DNA of 64,000 bases from Adineta vaga (lineage: Eukaryota > Animalia > Rotifera): assembly GCA_021613535.1 (NCBI GenBank), contig CP075495.1:1736001-1800000 (forward strand), written 5' to 3'. A program made the translations under genes and the position numbers. The notes beneath the pieces are model-generated. The model was not told the origin of the DNA, searched no databases, and worked only from the letters and a program-made list of their open reading frames with translations. Below, piece by piece: positions 24,301-38,123 of this stretch (position 1 is its first letter; each line of letters starts with the position of its first letter).

Positions 24301-26159
24301 TGTGTTGATGCATCTCTTTCTTTCTTTCTTTTTTTCTATATTATTTATTTGTTTAGTTGACGGTGGTTGGACATCCTGGTCATCATGGTTTACATGTGAA
24401 CAAATAACAGGTGAAAAATGTCAATGTCGTACAAGAACATGTACACAACCGATGCCTCAATTTGGTGGAAGATTATGTCAAGGATCAAATGTTGAAATAA
24501 CTCGATGTGAAGGTAAGATAAATAAATCATGAGTTCTATCAATTGATTAATGATGATTTTCTAGTTCATGGTGGATGGTCTCCATGGAATGAATGGAGTT
24601 TATGTCCGAAAACGTGTGGAAAAACGATTCGAACAAGAACACGTACATGTACGAATCCTGAACCAAAAAATAATGGAAGATTATGTATTGGATCAGAACG
24701 AGAAGAAGAATCATGTCCGGAAATTTTATGTTCAGATGAATCTGCACGTTTAAGTTCTTGGAGTGGTATGAAAAACAAATGAGATTTTAGTTGAAAATAA
24801 TTTATCGTATATCTTTTATTTCAAATAGATTGGGAAACATGTTCGAAATCGTGTGGTAGTGGAATACAGAAACGACGAAGAACTTGTCTTTTACATGGAA
24901 ATAAATGTACTGAATGTTTAGAAGAAACACGATTATGTAATGAATCACCTTGTCCAAGTAAGTTGAGATGAAAAAAAATATATGTCTAGAAATAGTTCAC
25001 AACTTTCCTTTTAGTTCAACAAGTTACATTATGGAGTGATTGGTCGCAAATAGTCAATCCTAGTAATGAAGGTGTTTATACGGAAAAACGTACACGATTT
25101 ATATGTGCAATTGGTACATCATTTGATAAACAATTACCAGAAATCAAATCAGATTCCATCATGTATCGTATATGTAGTACTCGAGGAGGAAATGATTGTC
25201 AAGAAACAGGTAGAATCTCTTTTTGTTAAACTTATCAATCTCAATCTTTTCTTTCGTTGAAGATTCTTTAGAAAATCTACATTTTGATGATTGGTCTCCA
25301 TGGTCGGCTTGGAGTGGTAAATAATTGATTTTATTTATTCATTGTTAATGTTGATTTTATTTTCATAATAGATTGTTATCCATCATGTGGTATACCTAGT
25401 GCCGTAGAAACTCGTCGTCGTACATGTTTAGGCAAACGTTGTGTTGGCAATGATATTGAAAAACGTGAATGTTTATCATGTTTATCATCATCGAATAATA
25501 ATTGGTCGTGTTGGACAGATTGGTCGGATTGTTCATTATGTACATCAACTCGATTACGTTCAATTAAAACTCGTACACGTACTTGTTTAACTAATTCTTG
25601 TCAAGGTGATTCTCATGAAGAACGTCTCTGTTCCAAATGTCCATTATCATCGAAATCCTTTTCAATCATTGATTCATTTAATGAAAATCGCTTTACATTA
25701 ATACATTTAATCTTAATAAGTTTAATTTCATTCCTATTAGCTTGTTTTATTATGCTTTGTATATTTGTATTATGCCGTCGTCGATGTCGTCATCAACATT
25801 ATCGACATCGACAAGCGTCAAATACATTTCTTCATACAGATGATCGAGATTATTTTCAAGCATCAACATCGAATTCATCATCAAGTCCACATACAGCACA
25901 AGATTCAGACACATTTACAACATTATCAACTACAAATAATCATACAAGTAAATTTCGAAGTTTTGATTCGTCTTCATCATCAACGACAACGGGTGGAGGT
26001 GGTAGTGGTGTAAGTGCATTTCTAAAAGAAATTCCATCAAGAAAATTGAATATGTATATTAATCCAAGAGAAATGCCGCCATTGCCTCCAGCTGCAACAT
26101 TAAAACGAACATCATTGATGTCATCAATGAAAACGAATCTTGATGCCGATGATCTATAG
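21325..26159 (+). CDS. SEMA5: Semaphorin-5-like protein (signal peptide, Sema, PSI, multiple TSP1 repeats, TM, cytoplasmic tail)
   Basis: ECENYIRVL, LLTCGTNSYRPIC, LRTQQHDSNWL, YVYTFFRE, YSRIARVCKHDDG, PSI CLSAMDPYCTWD, TSP1 WTSWSSW/WSPWNEWSLC..CG...RTRTRTC, then a TM segment; many GT-AG introns. Confidence 0.9.
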
Positions 26160-27223
26160 TCATCTTGAAATGAATTATTCGATGAAAATTGTATTTCTAC
26201 GAAGAGTCAATGATTTCTTTTTTTCTTTTTTTCTTAAATTTTATCTGTGATATATTATTTTCTGGCAGGTCCAGTTTATTCAACTATAATTGTATTCGTC
26301 TGTTGTTCTCAGGATGTTGTTGGTTTTCTCTTTTTTGTTTCGCTTTATATGAATACGAAAGAAATATATAGATGTTCGTATCAATTGAAACTTTTTTTGT
26401 CAAATAAACTCTCTTTATATATACATTTGAAATTTGTCAAATATTGATTAATACAAAAAATCACAGATGGATGATTATCGAGAACAAGTGATTGATAAAA
26501 ACGCCTGAGGATTATATACTTACAAATGGAAATAATTGAAGAATTCAGAGATGATTGCTTTTCTCGGAGAAAAAAGAAAGGCTAATCAAAAACGATTGAA
26601 GATTTCAATAATTATGTATACAGTTATGAAATCAACATACCATATGTTGTCATGAATGAGCAATACATATTCACCCACGCAAGTGTCCCGAAAAAAAGAA
26701 CAATGGCATGTATTTTATTTCATACAGATGAAGGGAGGAGACGTCATTAACTTTGAAAAATACCTGGACAAATTTTTGTCTTACTTCATTGTTTCTTAAC
26801 AACTCCTTAACTATCGAGTTATTTTGATTTTCTTTTAGTAATAGAATTAAAACTTTCCTTTTTTGTTTCAAATAATTAGAATTAATAGTATAAAGAAATA
26901 CGAACCTTGTGGAATATTTACTTAAAAGAAAAACTCTTCTGAAACATCGCACATGAGAATGGGTAATTCAATGACGAATAAATAATAACAAAATGCAAAA
27001 TAAGACAATTAAAATGTCATTTTGTCGTTTTTTTCCTATGTATTTTTGACAAATGTTTGAAAGTACACAAATCAATCGTGCTAGTTAAAGATTAAAACAG
27101 TAACGAGTTGTGTGTGTGTGTAGAAGTACTTGTTTTTTCTTCTTCTCTTATTTATAGAAGCAGTAAAAGAAAAAGTAACGTGAAGAATAGTCGATCAAAT
27201 ATTCTCGTAACGAACTTGAAATA

Positions 27224-27998
27224 ATGTATGAAAATTCGGATGGATTTGCTGCTAATCTTGAAGAGGTAAGAATGAAAATAATGATCTAAAATGAATTATT
27301 TTCAAACTTTTTTTTTTCATCTTAGCAATCACGAGCTTATTCTCGAGTGAACAGTGTTATACTTTCTCAACAAGCCAGTCGCTTTTCATTACCATTTGAT
27401 GTGAAAGATTTCGAAAGTATGTCTATTCAGCTGTTATTTACAATTGAAATGATATATTCTATTGAATAGGATTGACTCCGAAAGTATATTTGGAAAAGTT
27501 CTGTAAAATTAATAATCGTCGACATGTTTTGTACAAACGTGTTTTTGATAAATATAAAGATAATGAGGGTGAATTACCTTTTAAGGTAAGAAGAAAAACA
27601 ACAACAACAACAACAACTGTTCGATGTATCAATTTTATCTATTTAGTTTCTTTCTGATGCATTGGCCGATGCATATATGGGAACGATTGATACGAATTAT
27701 ATAATGGAAGTAATTAATTTACTTGATTTACCAACGAATACAAAACTTACATTATCAGAATTTGAGGGCATAGCAGCATTTTCTGAACGATATTTTTTCA
27801 ATATTTTTACGTAAGTTTAACATCCAGATTTTTATGAGTAATTTATTCGAGTTTATATATGAAATTAGTCGACAAGAGAATGCTGAACCACAATTACAAA
27901 AAGATGTGTTGGAAAAATTGGATTTTTCATCGTTAAATTGGAAACTAATTGGTGTAAATATTTCACCTTCGCTACGACAAATTCTACGACATATTTAA
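27224..27998 (+). CDS. Uncharacterised protein with EF-hand-like region; 5' end uncertain
   Basis: Five spliced exons: SRFSLPFDVKDFE|LTPKVYLEKFCKINNRRHVLYKRVFDKYKDNEGEL..LSEFEGIAAFSER..KDVLEKLDFSSLNWKL. Upstream frames contain stops. Confidence 0.6.
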
Positions 27999-28056
27999 AT
28001 TTCTTTTTTCTAATAAATGACAAAATAAACCCAACATTCTATTGAATAGACCATCC

Positions 28057-28200
28057 CTAAGGGGGATACAGGAGTTTTTTACAAAAAAAACTTTTCTTCT
28101 CAAAATCATTGAAAACATATATAAATCGATTCACTTTTTAACACTGGTTACAAATCTGATATCAGTTTTGAACCAAACCATAATTTTCTACCGAAAATTT
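28057..28200 (+). mobile_element. Possible truncated end of a non-autonomous DNA transposon/MITE
   Basis: Starts CTAAGGGGGATAC (resembling TTAAGG-type termini) and contains the near-palindrome caaatctgatatcagttttg (28151-28170); no partner terminus found. Confidence 0.3.
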
Positions 28201-28766
28201 GCCTGAAAAAGTCTCAGATAACCAGCAGTTTTGAGGTTTCCTATATGCCTGACTTTATAGCTAGTCAAAAGAACTATCAAATGGTAAAAACCCAATCTCT
28301 ATAGTTATTAATATCGTTGAGTTATTATACAAATACTAATGTTTGTATTTATCATATACCTCTTATAGATTCATAAAGTTACTTACAACTGTAATCCTGA
28401 TAGAGACAAACACAACTATTCATTGAAAAGATTTTTCATGATAATTTACATGCGCGCAGACATTCCAACATGACTCATCTTTCTCATTCACTTTTTGCAG
28501 TACACATAATTCTCAGATGAAATCCGAAGTTCTCCGTATTTTCTATTTCGTAAATTATATGCAAATCAATTCCTATCATTTTTTCGAAACGAAAATTTTC
28601 GTATCTGATAAAAGATTCAAAAATGACAAATAATACTACGTCTTCAGATTTTATTAATAACACTTAAAAAAAAAGAAGAAGCTTGACTCTCAACATGATG
28701 TTTTGTTGATAAAGACAAGAAAAGATAACTATTATAATATAAAAAAAACGATTACTAACAAGTTTA

Positions 28767-29630
28767 ATGTCACCATGGATAAAGAATAAAGTAACTGGAA
28801 TGTCTAATCAACAAAATGACAATGAAAATCTTGTTCAAATTGCAACTTTAGATGAACAACATCAACTTCGAACTATTCTTCAATCAAGTCCATCAACAAT
28901 TAGTTTTGAAGCTGCAAATTTACCTCGAAATATTCTTGATATTTTCGATGAAATCTATTCGACTCGAACACATCGACGATGTATTCATATCAGTTATTTC
29001 ACTTTATTATTTATGACATTAGCGATCATATTTTGGATAACATATTGGTTATTATATAATCGTTGTCAAAATTCCAAAGATCCACATTTCAATTCATTTC
29101 TTTGTGATCTTGTTTTGATATTTGAAGTATTAACATTTATATTAATTGGTATATCACCATTAATGATTCTACTAACAATTTATTCATGGATAGTTTATTC
29201 ATGTTATAATCCATTGGATTCTATTCGAGAGAATTTCCTTGGATTTAAACTTGAAGGTGAACAATGGAAACAACAATTAGATGATTATTATCGAAAAAAG
29301 AAATCACGTTATTTCAATTGTTTACGTTGTAAACAACGCAATGAATTACAAGAACGTGGTTATGGTTATATCATTTTATCGCCACATGGAATTATCATAG
29401 ATGAATTACTTATTTTTACTGCTAAGAGAAATATTATTCAAAAAGGTATCATTTTCGATGATAAAAAACTTCTTAATTTAACTTTTAAAAGAACTTGTCA
29501 ACGACCTTGGAACAATCAACTTGATATTTATTTATCTGAAGATTTAATTCATCGACGTACTATGGAAGAACTAATGCATTTATTAAAAATTTCCATTGAT
29601 ATTACCTCTTTACTTCCCCCTAGTTTTTAA
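28767..29630 (+). CDS. Intronless two-pass membrane protein of unknown function
   Basis: 287-aa ORF with two hydrophobic helices and a soluble C-terminal domain; AATAAA just downstream. Confidence 0.7.
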   Translation: MSPWIKNKVTGMSNQQNDNENLVQIATLDEQHQLRTILQSSPSTISFEAANLPRNILDIFDEIYSTRTHRRCIHISYFTLLFMTLAIIFWITYWLLYNRCQNSKDPHFNSFLCDLVLIFEVLTFILIGISPLMILLTIYSWIVYSCYNPLDSIRENFLGFKLEGEQWKQQLDDYYRKKKSRYFNCLRCKQRNELQERGYGYIILSPHGIIIDELLIFTAKRNIIQKGIIFDDKKLLNLTFKRTCQRPWNNQLDIYLSEDLIHRRTMEELMHLLKISIDITSLLPPSF

Positions 29631-30872
29631 ATATAAATATATTTTTCATTTTAAAAATCGATTAATAAAATCTGTTAAGAAGATATATAAAAAAAGATAT
29701 CAATGAGTACACGTATTCAATTCGTTCAATTAAATACTAATCTTTTTTTTCTTTTTCGAGCGTTATAATTATTTAATAACTATAAACTTTGATCTGCTAT
29801 ATTGTCTTCATCAGTAAATCTCATTATAATTGTTTAAAGTGCTCTATAAATTGCATGCATTTAAGTCAAGAAAAAGATTCTTTCTACTGAAAAAAATATT
29901 GTTTATAAAGTAATTGACAGATTCGTAGCGTCTGCTTTTTATCACTACATGATAATAATCAAATCTTTTCTTCACAACAGAAAAATCCATCGAAGAAGAA
30001 GTATCTGGAAATGCTTTCTATTAGATAAAAAGAAACTATATAATTATACCGAATATAAAATATAATACTCATCATCGCATAAAAGTCATCACCGGAAAGA
30101 CTATATCTTTATATTTCTTCCAGCAAAAGAACATATTCTTTCTTTTCCTCGTTGAAATTTTCAGAGAATATTACAAATAATATCGCTTTTTATAGGTATG
30201 ATGACGATTTTTCCAAAATAACCCATATATAGTTTTTCTTTTTTGCTATTAAGTGTTTCCTTTTAATTCACACGTCATCTATATTCAGTGAATAGTTTCG
30301 TTCTTTTTTATTTTCCATCTTTCTCTCTCCCTCTATTTTTATACAAGTAGCTAATTGAATTGGTCTTCGCTTTTCTTTCATAGTATATTTTTTTCTTCGT
30401 CTTCAAAGAGAAAAAAATGACATCGAAAGTAAAATCAATAGAATTTTCTTAGCATTACTTTCTTTTCCTATTCTTGTCTGTAAAAAAGTAACACGAAGGA
30501 TAGAAAGAACGTCGAAAAAACATATATCTTAATTGCCGTCGGACGTTGTTGGAAGGTTTATACAAGGAAAGATGATCTTATTATTTTCTTCGAACGACAA
30601 CTAATAAATATCGAGTAAGTTATATATATGAATTAAATTAATTTTGTTTAAATTAAATAATTTCTTCTACAAAACTACTTGTTCATTTTTCTAAAGATCA
30701 ATAGTTCATTTCTTATTTGTTCACTTATTTTTATACTGACATTCATCATTATCTTGTTGTTATTGATATTATTTTTCTGTACTTTGCCGGAAATTGATCC
30801 TATTCATTTGATTTCTTGACACTAGTGTTTTCTTTATCCAGGTAGGATCATGATTCAATTAAGAATTTAAAT

Positions 30873-31638
30873 ATGATAAACTTTCAAAATACAACCAAAA
30901 TTATTCATAAACAATTTTCATCAGATTCATCATATGATGCATATGATGATAATAAAGATATTATATGGCCTACAATTGTTGGTATTTTTGTTGCATTAGC
31001 ATTAGGTTGGATGATATGTCGTTATAAATGTTCATCAAAAGAACGTTCACCACATATTGTTCGATGTTGTCCAAGAACTCTATGTAAAAATATTAGATTA
31101 TGTTGTATGTGTATATTCAGGTATTTTCTATGAAATGTTCATTCTATATTGATTAAATAACCTGTAAATATATATATTTTTCAGAATAAAACAAAAACCA
31201 CCACCACAAGCAGTTCCAGATATAAGAACATCAAATATTAATAAGTCAAGGTATAATTGAAAGACAACTAGTTTTAAATAGTTTAAATTATTATTTTTGT
31301 TTTTTTTCTGTATTCAAAGAACATCTGATACTTTACAAGATACTCTATTTCTTAATCATAATTCTTCAGCAAATCGACCATCTATAGGACAAGTTTCTCA
31401 ACAATGGCCACCACCATTTATTCTTGATCAATCACCTTCATTTCCTATTACAATAACAGTTGAATCAACGATAACACCAACTCAACCTAAACGACATCCA
31501 TTACGACGTGATTCAGCATTACCTGAACGATATAATGAACGACGTGAATCATCTCTCTGGCCATTTCGAACGATTAATGCTGTTTTTCATAAACAAACAA
31601 GTGAAATTAAAGAAAATGATCTATTTTTTAGTGCATAA
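30873..31638 (+). CDS. Small single-pass membrane protein with Cys-rich juxtamembrane segment
   Basis: IIWPTIVGIFVALALGWMICRY TM followed by Cys clusters; three exons joined by GT-AG introns. Confidence 0.6.
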
Positions 31639-32469
31639 CATCTCATGTATAGAACACTTTCTCTATTTCTATAGAAAGATTGAATATAATATTCAAAGAA
31701 ACACTTAAACACTTACACAAGTATATGAAAGAAATAATATATACAGGAGGGGTTATTTTTTCCTTGAAAATTAAATCATGTGTAAGAATAGATTTACCAA
31801 GGTCAATTACTTATTTTATAAATACAAAATCATGTTTTATTAGGATAATCATCATCAATATAGATTCTCTACACTTCTATTATCTTTTTAGAAACGGATA
31901 TAAATCTTCATAACATTGTCTCAAGCAGATTGTTATTATTAATCTTCATTAAAAAATAAAATAAGAACTTGTTAGTGTTGTGTAATAATAGGGTTACTAT
32001 CGTGTAATTAATCGTCACAAATGTGCGATCAACAAGTAAAGAATAACAACATTGCTCTCTTCTGAATTATATAATCAAACAGTTAATAAAGGTTACAACA
32101 TATGTATATATGTTTCATGATGTTATCAGAAAGTTTTTTAATCTCTTATTTGATAGTGGTCGCTAGTGTATGAATAAATTGTAAAAGATAATTCTCATGC
32201 ATTTTCTATATAGATTCTACGTTGTTTTGTTTCAATAAGTTATTGAAAATAAAAATTCTAATCGACTGTTAAATGAATGAATTTGATTAATAATTGTATT
32301 GCTTAGTATATAACCAATGAAATTCGAAAGAAAAGTAAATATGACATTGAAAGAAGAATGAATGAATATATCTTTCTCCCTTTGCTTTCTGTTATTTATT
32401 TATTGACATTGAATTTATCCAAATACGCGACTGAAAATTTTCAGATCTGAAATCAAATAAGTATGAACA

Positions 32470-35400
32470 ATGACAAATGATGAACAAGTAATATACAACA
32501 GAGAATTAAATGGATAATCCTCTTTCTCTCTCTCGTTTCGTTTTATTTTTCTTCTTAGGTACAAATTTGTCTTTATCATCCTCATCCCAATCAATCTCAT
32601 CGATATACTCGTCAAATAATTCGTATTACTGATAAAACAACATGTCGAGAAGTTTTAACACATTATATACCTGAATCGAGTACTGCTCGACTTGTTGAAA
32701 CTTGTTTGGGATTTGGTAAGAGAAGACATTTTTTAGTCTTTTCCTAGGAGATAATCTGCTGAGGAGAGAAGTTTTGTTAATATAAAAAAGAAAAGATATC
32801 TCAGAAGAAGATTTATCAAAGATAATATTGAATATATTTCTTTCATTGATGTATTTAGAACGAGAGATTCCACCGGGTGATTATTTATTTGATATAGTTA
32901 CACGAAATCAAGCAATTGAAGAGTTTAAAATTGTTGTTCGACGTTTACAAGGTATGTTAATAAGTTTTGACAATGTATAGTAAGAAACTATTCTGATCGA
33001 CTATCATAAAAGCTTTTTCTTTTCTTTCCTCTCAAGTAAGTTCCTGTTCTTCTATTGAACATACGATATGTTGTTCTTTCATTCTGTTCTTTCTCTCTCT
33101 CTCTCTGTATTACGATCGTCGTCATCGAACATAAGACCAGTAGCATTAATATGTATACATATACGAAGTGAATGAATGAATGAAGGAGAAAAGAAATGTA
33201 TGCGGAGAGAAAAATGTTTGACCCCTCTATCGATGTCGTTGGTTGTATGTTCACCTTGTTCTTCTCTCTTCTTTGAGACAACAACAACAACCATCAACGT
33301 CGACGTACAACGATGCGTTCTCCTACACTTAATAATAATAATCATACATCCCCACACGAGATGAACAACAATAAACAACAACAGCAAACAAATGGAAATG
33401 GAGTAAAGAATATTTTTCTTTGACTAGATTTCTTATTACTGTTCTTTTTCTTCTTCTTCTAGTTTGCAATTAGTAGTTTATCAATGGATTTATCTTTATC
33501 TGAATTACAAGAAATGGCTGCTCGTCAACAACAACAAATCGAACATAATCAACAGTTATTACTTGCACGTGAACAACGTTTAAAATATCTTAAACAACAA
33601 GAATTAAAACAACAACAAACATCACATGATAGTTTACGTCTTAAACGTTTAAAAGAACATATTGAACAACAAGAATTAAAACATTTACGTTTAAAAACTC
33701 TTCAAAATCAAATCAATCAACAACGAAATTCGAATTCTACACTTGGTATATTATTTTCTAATAATAAAAAATTTCAATTTCTATTCGAAAATCATTTCCT
33801 TTTTTAGCTAATGAATTAGAAATCTTAAAACAGATTTTTCTTGATAAAGAACATGAATTAACAATTGCTTTAAATAAAGTCGATGAATTAACTAAACAAC
33901 TTGATCAATTACGAAAAATAAAAGTAACAACTAATAAAGAACAATCACAAAATCGTAATGAATTAGATAAATTAAAACAAGAATTAATGGTATTTACAAT
34001 ACAAGAAACAAAGATAATCATTTAACTTTTGTAATTTTACTTTTTTTCAGATTCGAAATAAATTGAATGAACAACAAAGTCGAAAAATTGCCTATCAACG
34101 AGAAGTTTATGCATCGAAACAAGCAGAATTAAATCAATTAGATCGACGTATTGATGAACTTCAACAACGATTAAAAAAGAAACGAACATTAGCAACAAAT
34201 CGTTCATCAATACCAACACCATCGACAACAGCTACAGCTATAGTTGAACCTTTTACATCTACGACTGGTTATCGAACAGCTTTTGATACTGTACAAGATA
34301 CATTAAATAATGTTAAAATTGCTGAAATTGAAAAACGTATGGTACAATTAGCAAATTCATTTAATACAACATCATCAGCATCACCAACGAATCTCAATGA
34401 ACAAATGAATAGTCCCAAAAAGGTTTGTTTTCGATTTGAATAATAATAATAATAATCAAATGACTGTTATTTTATCTATAGAACAATGGTAATTCATCAT
34501 TGAATCAAACATCAAAGATTGCCTTTGCTTCAAAGAGTGAAATAGCAGCTACTTATATGGCTCGTTCAACAAATCAACCAACATCACCTCCATCTTTAAA
34601 TAAACCTTCAACTGATATGATTGATAATACATTAAAATCTGATCAACAATTACCACCTAATCTTCGTTTAAATGATGATATACTTTCTGTTCATTTTAAT
34701 AATGTAACATCAAATGTAAAGAAACGTCATTCATTATCTGATCCAGCTGATTCATTAATCAAATATCTTTCATCAAATGTTACTACTACTACTATGAACA
34801 ATAATCATAATAATAATCTTCCACCTCAACCTATTCAAGTTCGAGATGATTCATCAAATCAATTGTTAACCGATACGAAAATATCACCTATTCCTTCTTC
34901 TGCTGCTTATGAAAATCTTATTGATATTCAAACAAGTCTGAATAATAAATTAGATGACGAACAACAACAACAACAACAACAACAACTGCATCAGCAGCAA
35001 CAAGGTGAACAACATGTTATGATTGAATCAAATGCTTCAGATTCGGAATCGGAAGGTGAACATTCTGAAGAAATTGAATCACCCATATCATCACCAACAT
35101 CCATTGCTACAACAGTAACACAATCAAATCTTAATCTAAAATCTTTATTAAAAACTCCAACAACACCAAAAAATCTAACACGACGAGTTATGTTTGATCC
35201 CTTAGCTTTACTTCTTGATGCTGCTGTTATCGGAGAACTTGATTTGGTCGTTAAAGCTGCTAAAGAAGTAAAAATATAGAAAGAAAATTTCTTTTTAATT
35301 TTTTAATATTATTCAGGTTGAAAATCCCAGTCTACCAAATGATGAAGGTTTAACAGCATTACATAATGCTGTATGTGCATCGAATTTTGATTGTGTAAAA

Positions 35401-36137
35401 TTTTTGGTTGAATTCGGTTGTGATATTAATTTTGCTGATAATGATGGATGGACACCATTACATTGTGCAGCATCATGTAATAATACACCAATGGTCCAAT
35501 TTCTAGTTGAACATGGTGCTTGTATTTATGCAACAACAATTCGAGATAATGAAACAGCTGCAGAAAAATGTGAAGAAGAAGAAGAAAATTATGCGACTTG
35601 TTCACAATATCTTCTTTGTAAGAGTCATTGTTTTTTCTTTTCTCTTCATTCTGACATGTCTATACTCACACCTACAGAAGTTAATCTTTATCGTCTACTT
35701 AACTTTAGAAATGATATGCTTCATTGAAGATTAAATGTCTCAATTAAATCTATTGAGAATATTTAATTGACCGAATTAATGTATTGGTTTATTTTTTTTT
35801 GTCTTCATTTAGTTGTACAAAATGATTTGGGTATTATTAATAATGGTATAGTCTATGCATTGTATGATTATGAAGGAAATAGTTCATTAGATGAAACAAT
35901 GAAGAATGAACTGAATTTCAAAGATGGAGATCAATTAAGAATTGTAAGACGTGGTGATGAAAATGAAAGTGAATGGTGGTGGGCGAAACATGAAGGTAAT
36001 CAACATGAAGGTTATATTCCACGAAATTATCTCGGAGTATGTATTGAATAATATTTCGCCATATAAAATCTTAAATTTTCTATTTCTAGTTATATCCAAG
36101 AGTACGACCAGGTTCAATGGCTTCAACTAGTTGTTAG
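32470..36137 (+). CDS. ASPP: Apoptosis-stimulating protein of p53 (ASPP family)
   Basis: N-terminal ubiquitin-like exons, [47 protein letters not shown], ankyrin [11 protein letters not shown] / [15 protein letters not shown]3 [27 protein letters not shown]. Confidence 0.93.
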
Positions 36138-36455
36138 TGTCTTAAATTGCTGTGCTTTTTCTTTTCTTTATTTCTCAGGATATTTCTTTGTACAAATGAT
36201 GACGATGATGATGTGCTCATTTTTCTTTTTTTATCAAAATATTAGTTGCGACAAGCATCAACTTTCCTGATGCATAACTCTTTATTCTCGTTTTCTTTTC
36301 TTTTTTCGCTTGTTGGTTTGTTTGATTGAATCCTTTTTGGTTTTTACTTTTTCTTCAATCAAAATTTCAATAAAGATAAAAATATTTACAAAGAATAGAA
36401 TTTGAATAATAATAATAATATTTATTTCTCCTAAAACTCATTATAGAAAATTATC

Positions 36456-37996
36456 ATGAGAAAAGAATTAACAATAAAACAAGATGATTTCTGGCGTTTA
36501 ATCAATCGAGAACAGTTTCTTTTGCATTGTTTTAATGCTCGACTACGATATCGTCTACGTATGTATATTTCTTGATTTATTTTCATATTTATACTAAATA
36601 ATAATGTTTAATTTAGCTACAATAGATAAAGAATGTTTTTATGTACAAGTTAATTGTGATGAGAAAACTATTAGTGATCATGCTGAAGTAAGTCAAGAAT
36701 TTCTATTTTGTTTTGCAATTGATTCTTTATAATCGATTTTAGCAATATATTTTATCTTATCTTGAACCAAAATATACGAAATCATTATCATTTCCAGCTA
36801 ATAATAAACAACCGTATTGTGACGATTATTTATTAAATCGTTTAATGAAAGAATATCTTGTTCATATTGAAGTGGAAAATAAAGATAATTCTCATAAATT
36901 AACATTTCGTTCATCATTATTAACAGTTCTTTTTTTGGCAATCGATGATTTTCGTAAAACAATGTCAAATATGTTTGTATCAGATAAATCTGCTGAAATC
37001 GATGCTCAATCCGTATTAAACTCTCTAACAACAAATTTTGAAAGTCAATTAATGGTCGTTGATCAACAAGATCAATTAGATGAACAAGAAGAAGCTTTGG
37101 CTACTCTTCCAACAAGACAAGTACCAAAGTTGACAACGTCATATCCCGGTGCTGAGTAAGTTTTCTTTCATTATCATAAAAATAAATCAATCTTTTCTCA
37201 ATTTCTAGAACAGATACACGTGAAGTTACTCTCGATCAATTTATTAAACCTAAGAAAAAGAATACTCAACATCGACAAAATCCTAATCGTCAGGAAACAT
37301 CAGATGTCAATGACAATGAACTTGTACGTGAAATGCGTCAAAAATTAAAAGGACGAAATCTTCGTGATGTGATTATTGATGGAGCAAATATTGGAAGAAC
37401 GTAAATTTTCTACTTAAATCTAGCTTATCTATTTCGTTTTTGTGTACAGATATGGTGATGCGGAATTTTCTGCACATGGTATTAAATTAGCTGTTGATCT
37501 GTTTCAATCGTATGGATATCCAGATTCGAAGATTGTCGTCATTTTACCAGCACATTATCTATCAAAAGATAAAGATCATGTGTTTCCGAATTTAATTCGT
37601 CGAAAAATAGTTCATAAAGCTTTTCAACAGAAAATTGACGATCAAAATAAACGATTCTATGATGATAGGTACATAAGTTTGTGTATTTTAGATTTGAATC
37701 TTAATTTTAATTTCTTTATTAGATTAATTGTCGATCTAGCAGTGATGCGTAATGGAGTGATCTTATCAAATGATTTCTATCGAGATTTACTTCAAGATTC
37801 AGGTGATGCTGTTCGAAAAGCTATACGAGAAAGGTAATTGTTCAGTTTTGTTTTTCTTCTTCTTTTTCATTTGAAAGAAGAATTGAATTCTATTGGTTTT
37901 AGATTATTATGCTATCGATTTATTGGAGATAATTTATGTTTACCAAATCCAGTATCAGAAGGAGGTTTACCATTGGATGTTTTCCTATCGATATGA
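36456..37996 (+). CDS. NYN/PIN ribonuclease (ZC3H12/N4BP1/KHNYN family) without a CCCH finger
   Basis: LRDVIIDGANIG, FSAHGIKLAV, FYDDRLIV.LA..NGVILSNDFYRD, RLLCYRFIGD...P.P...G..LD.FL; acidic catalytic residues intact; 7 exons. Confidence 0.85.
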
Positions 37997-38123
37997 ACTT
38001 TTTTTTTATATGTCTTCATTGTGTTTATTTAAAAATAAAATGATTTTACACATCCCGGTTAGATGTTTTTCTAAAAGTTTTTTGATTCTCAAACAGATAT
38101 TCATCATCGTCAATGGGAAGAGT

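Noticed and set aside
26460-26800. Exon-like fragments between SEMA5 and the EF-hand-like gene
   Set aside because: Could not be assembled into an open frame or assigned to any family.
2191-37996. Caspase, TRAF-like, ASPP and N4BP1-like genes as an apoptosis/immunity cluster
   Set aside because: Scattered among unrelated genes; no evidence beyond co-occurrence.
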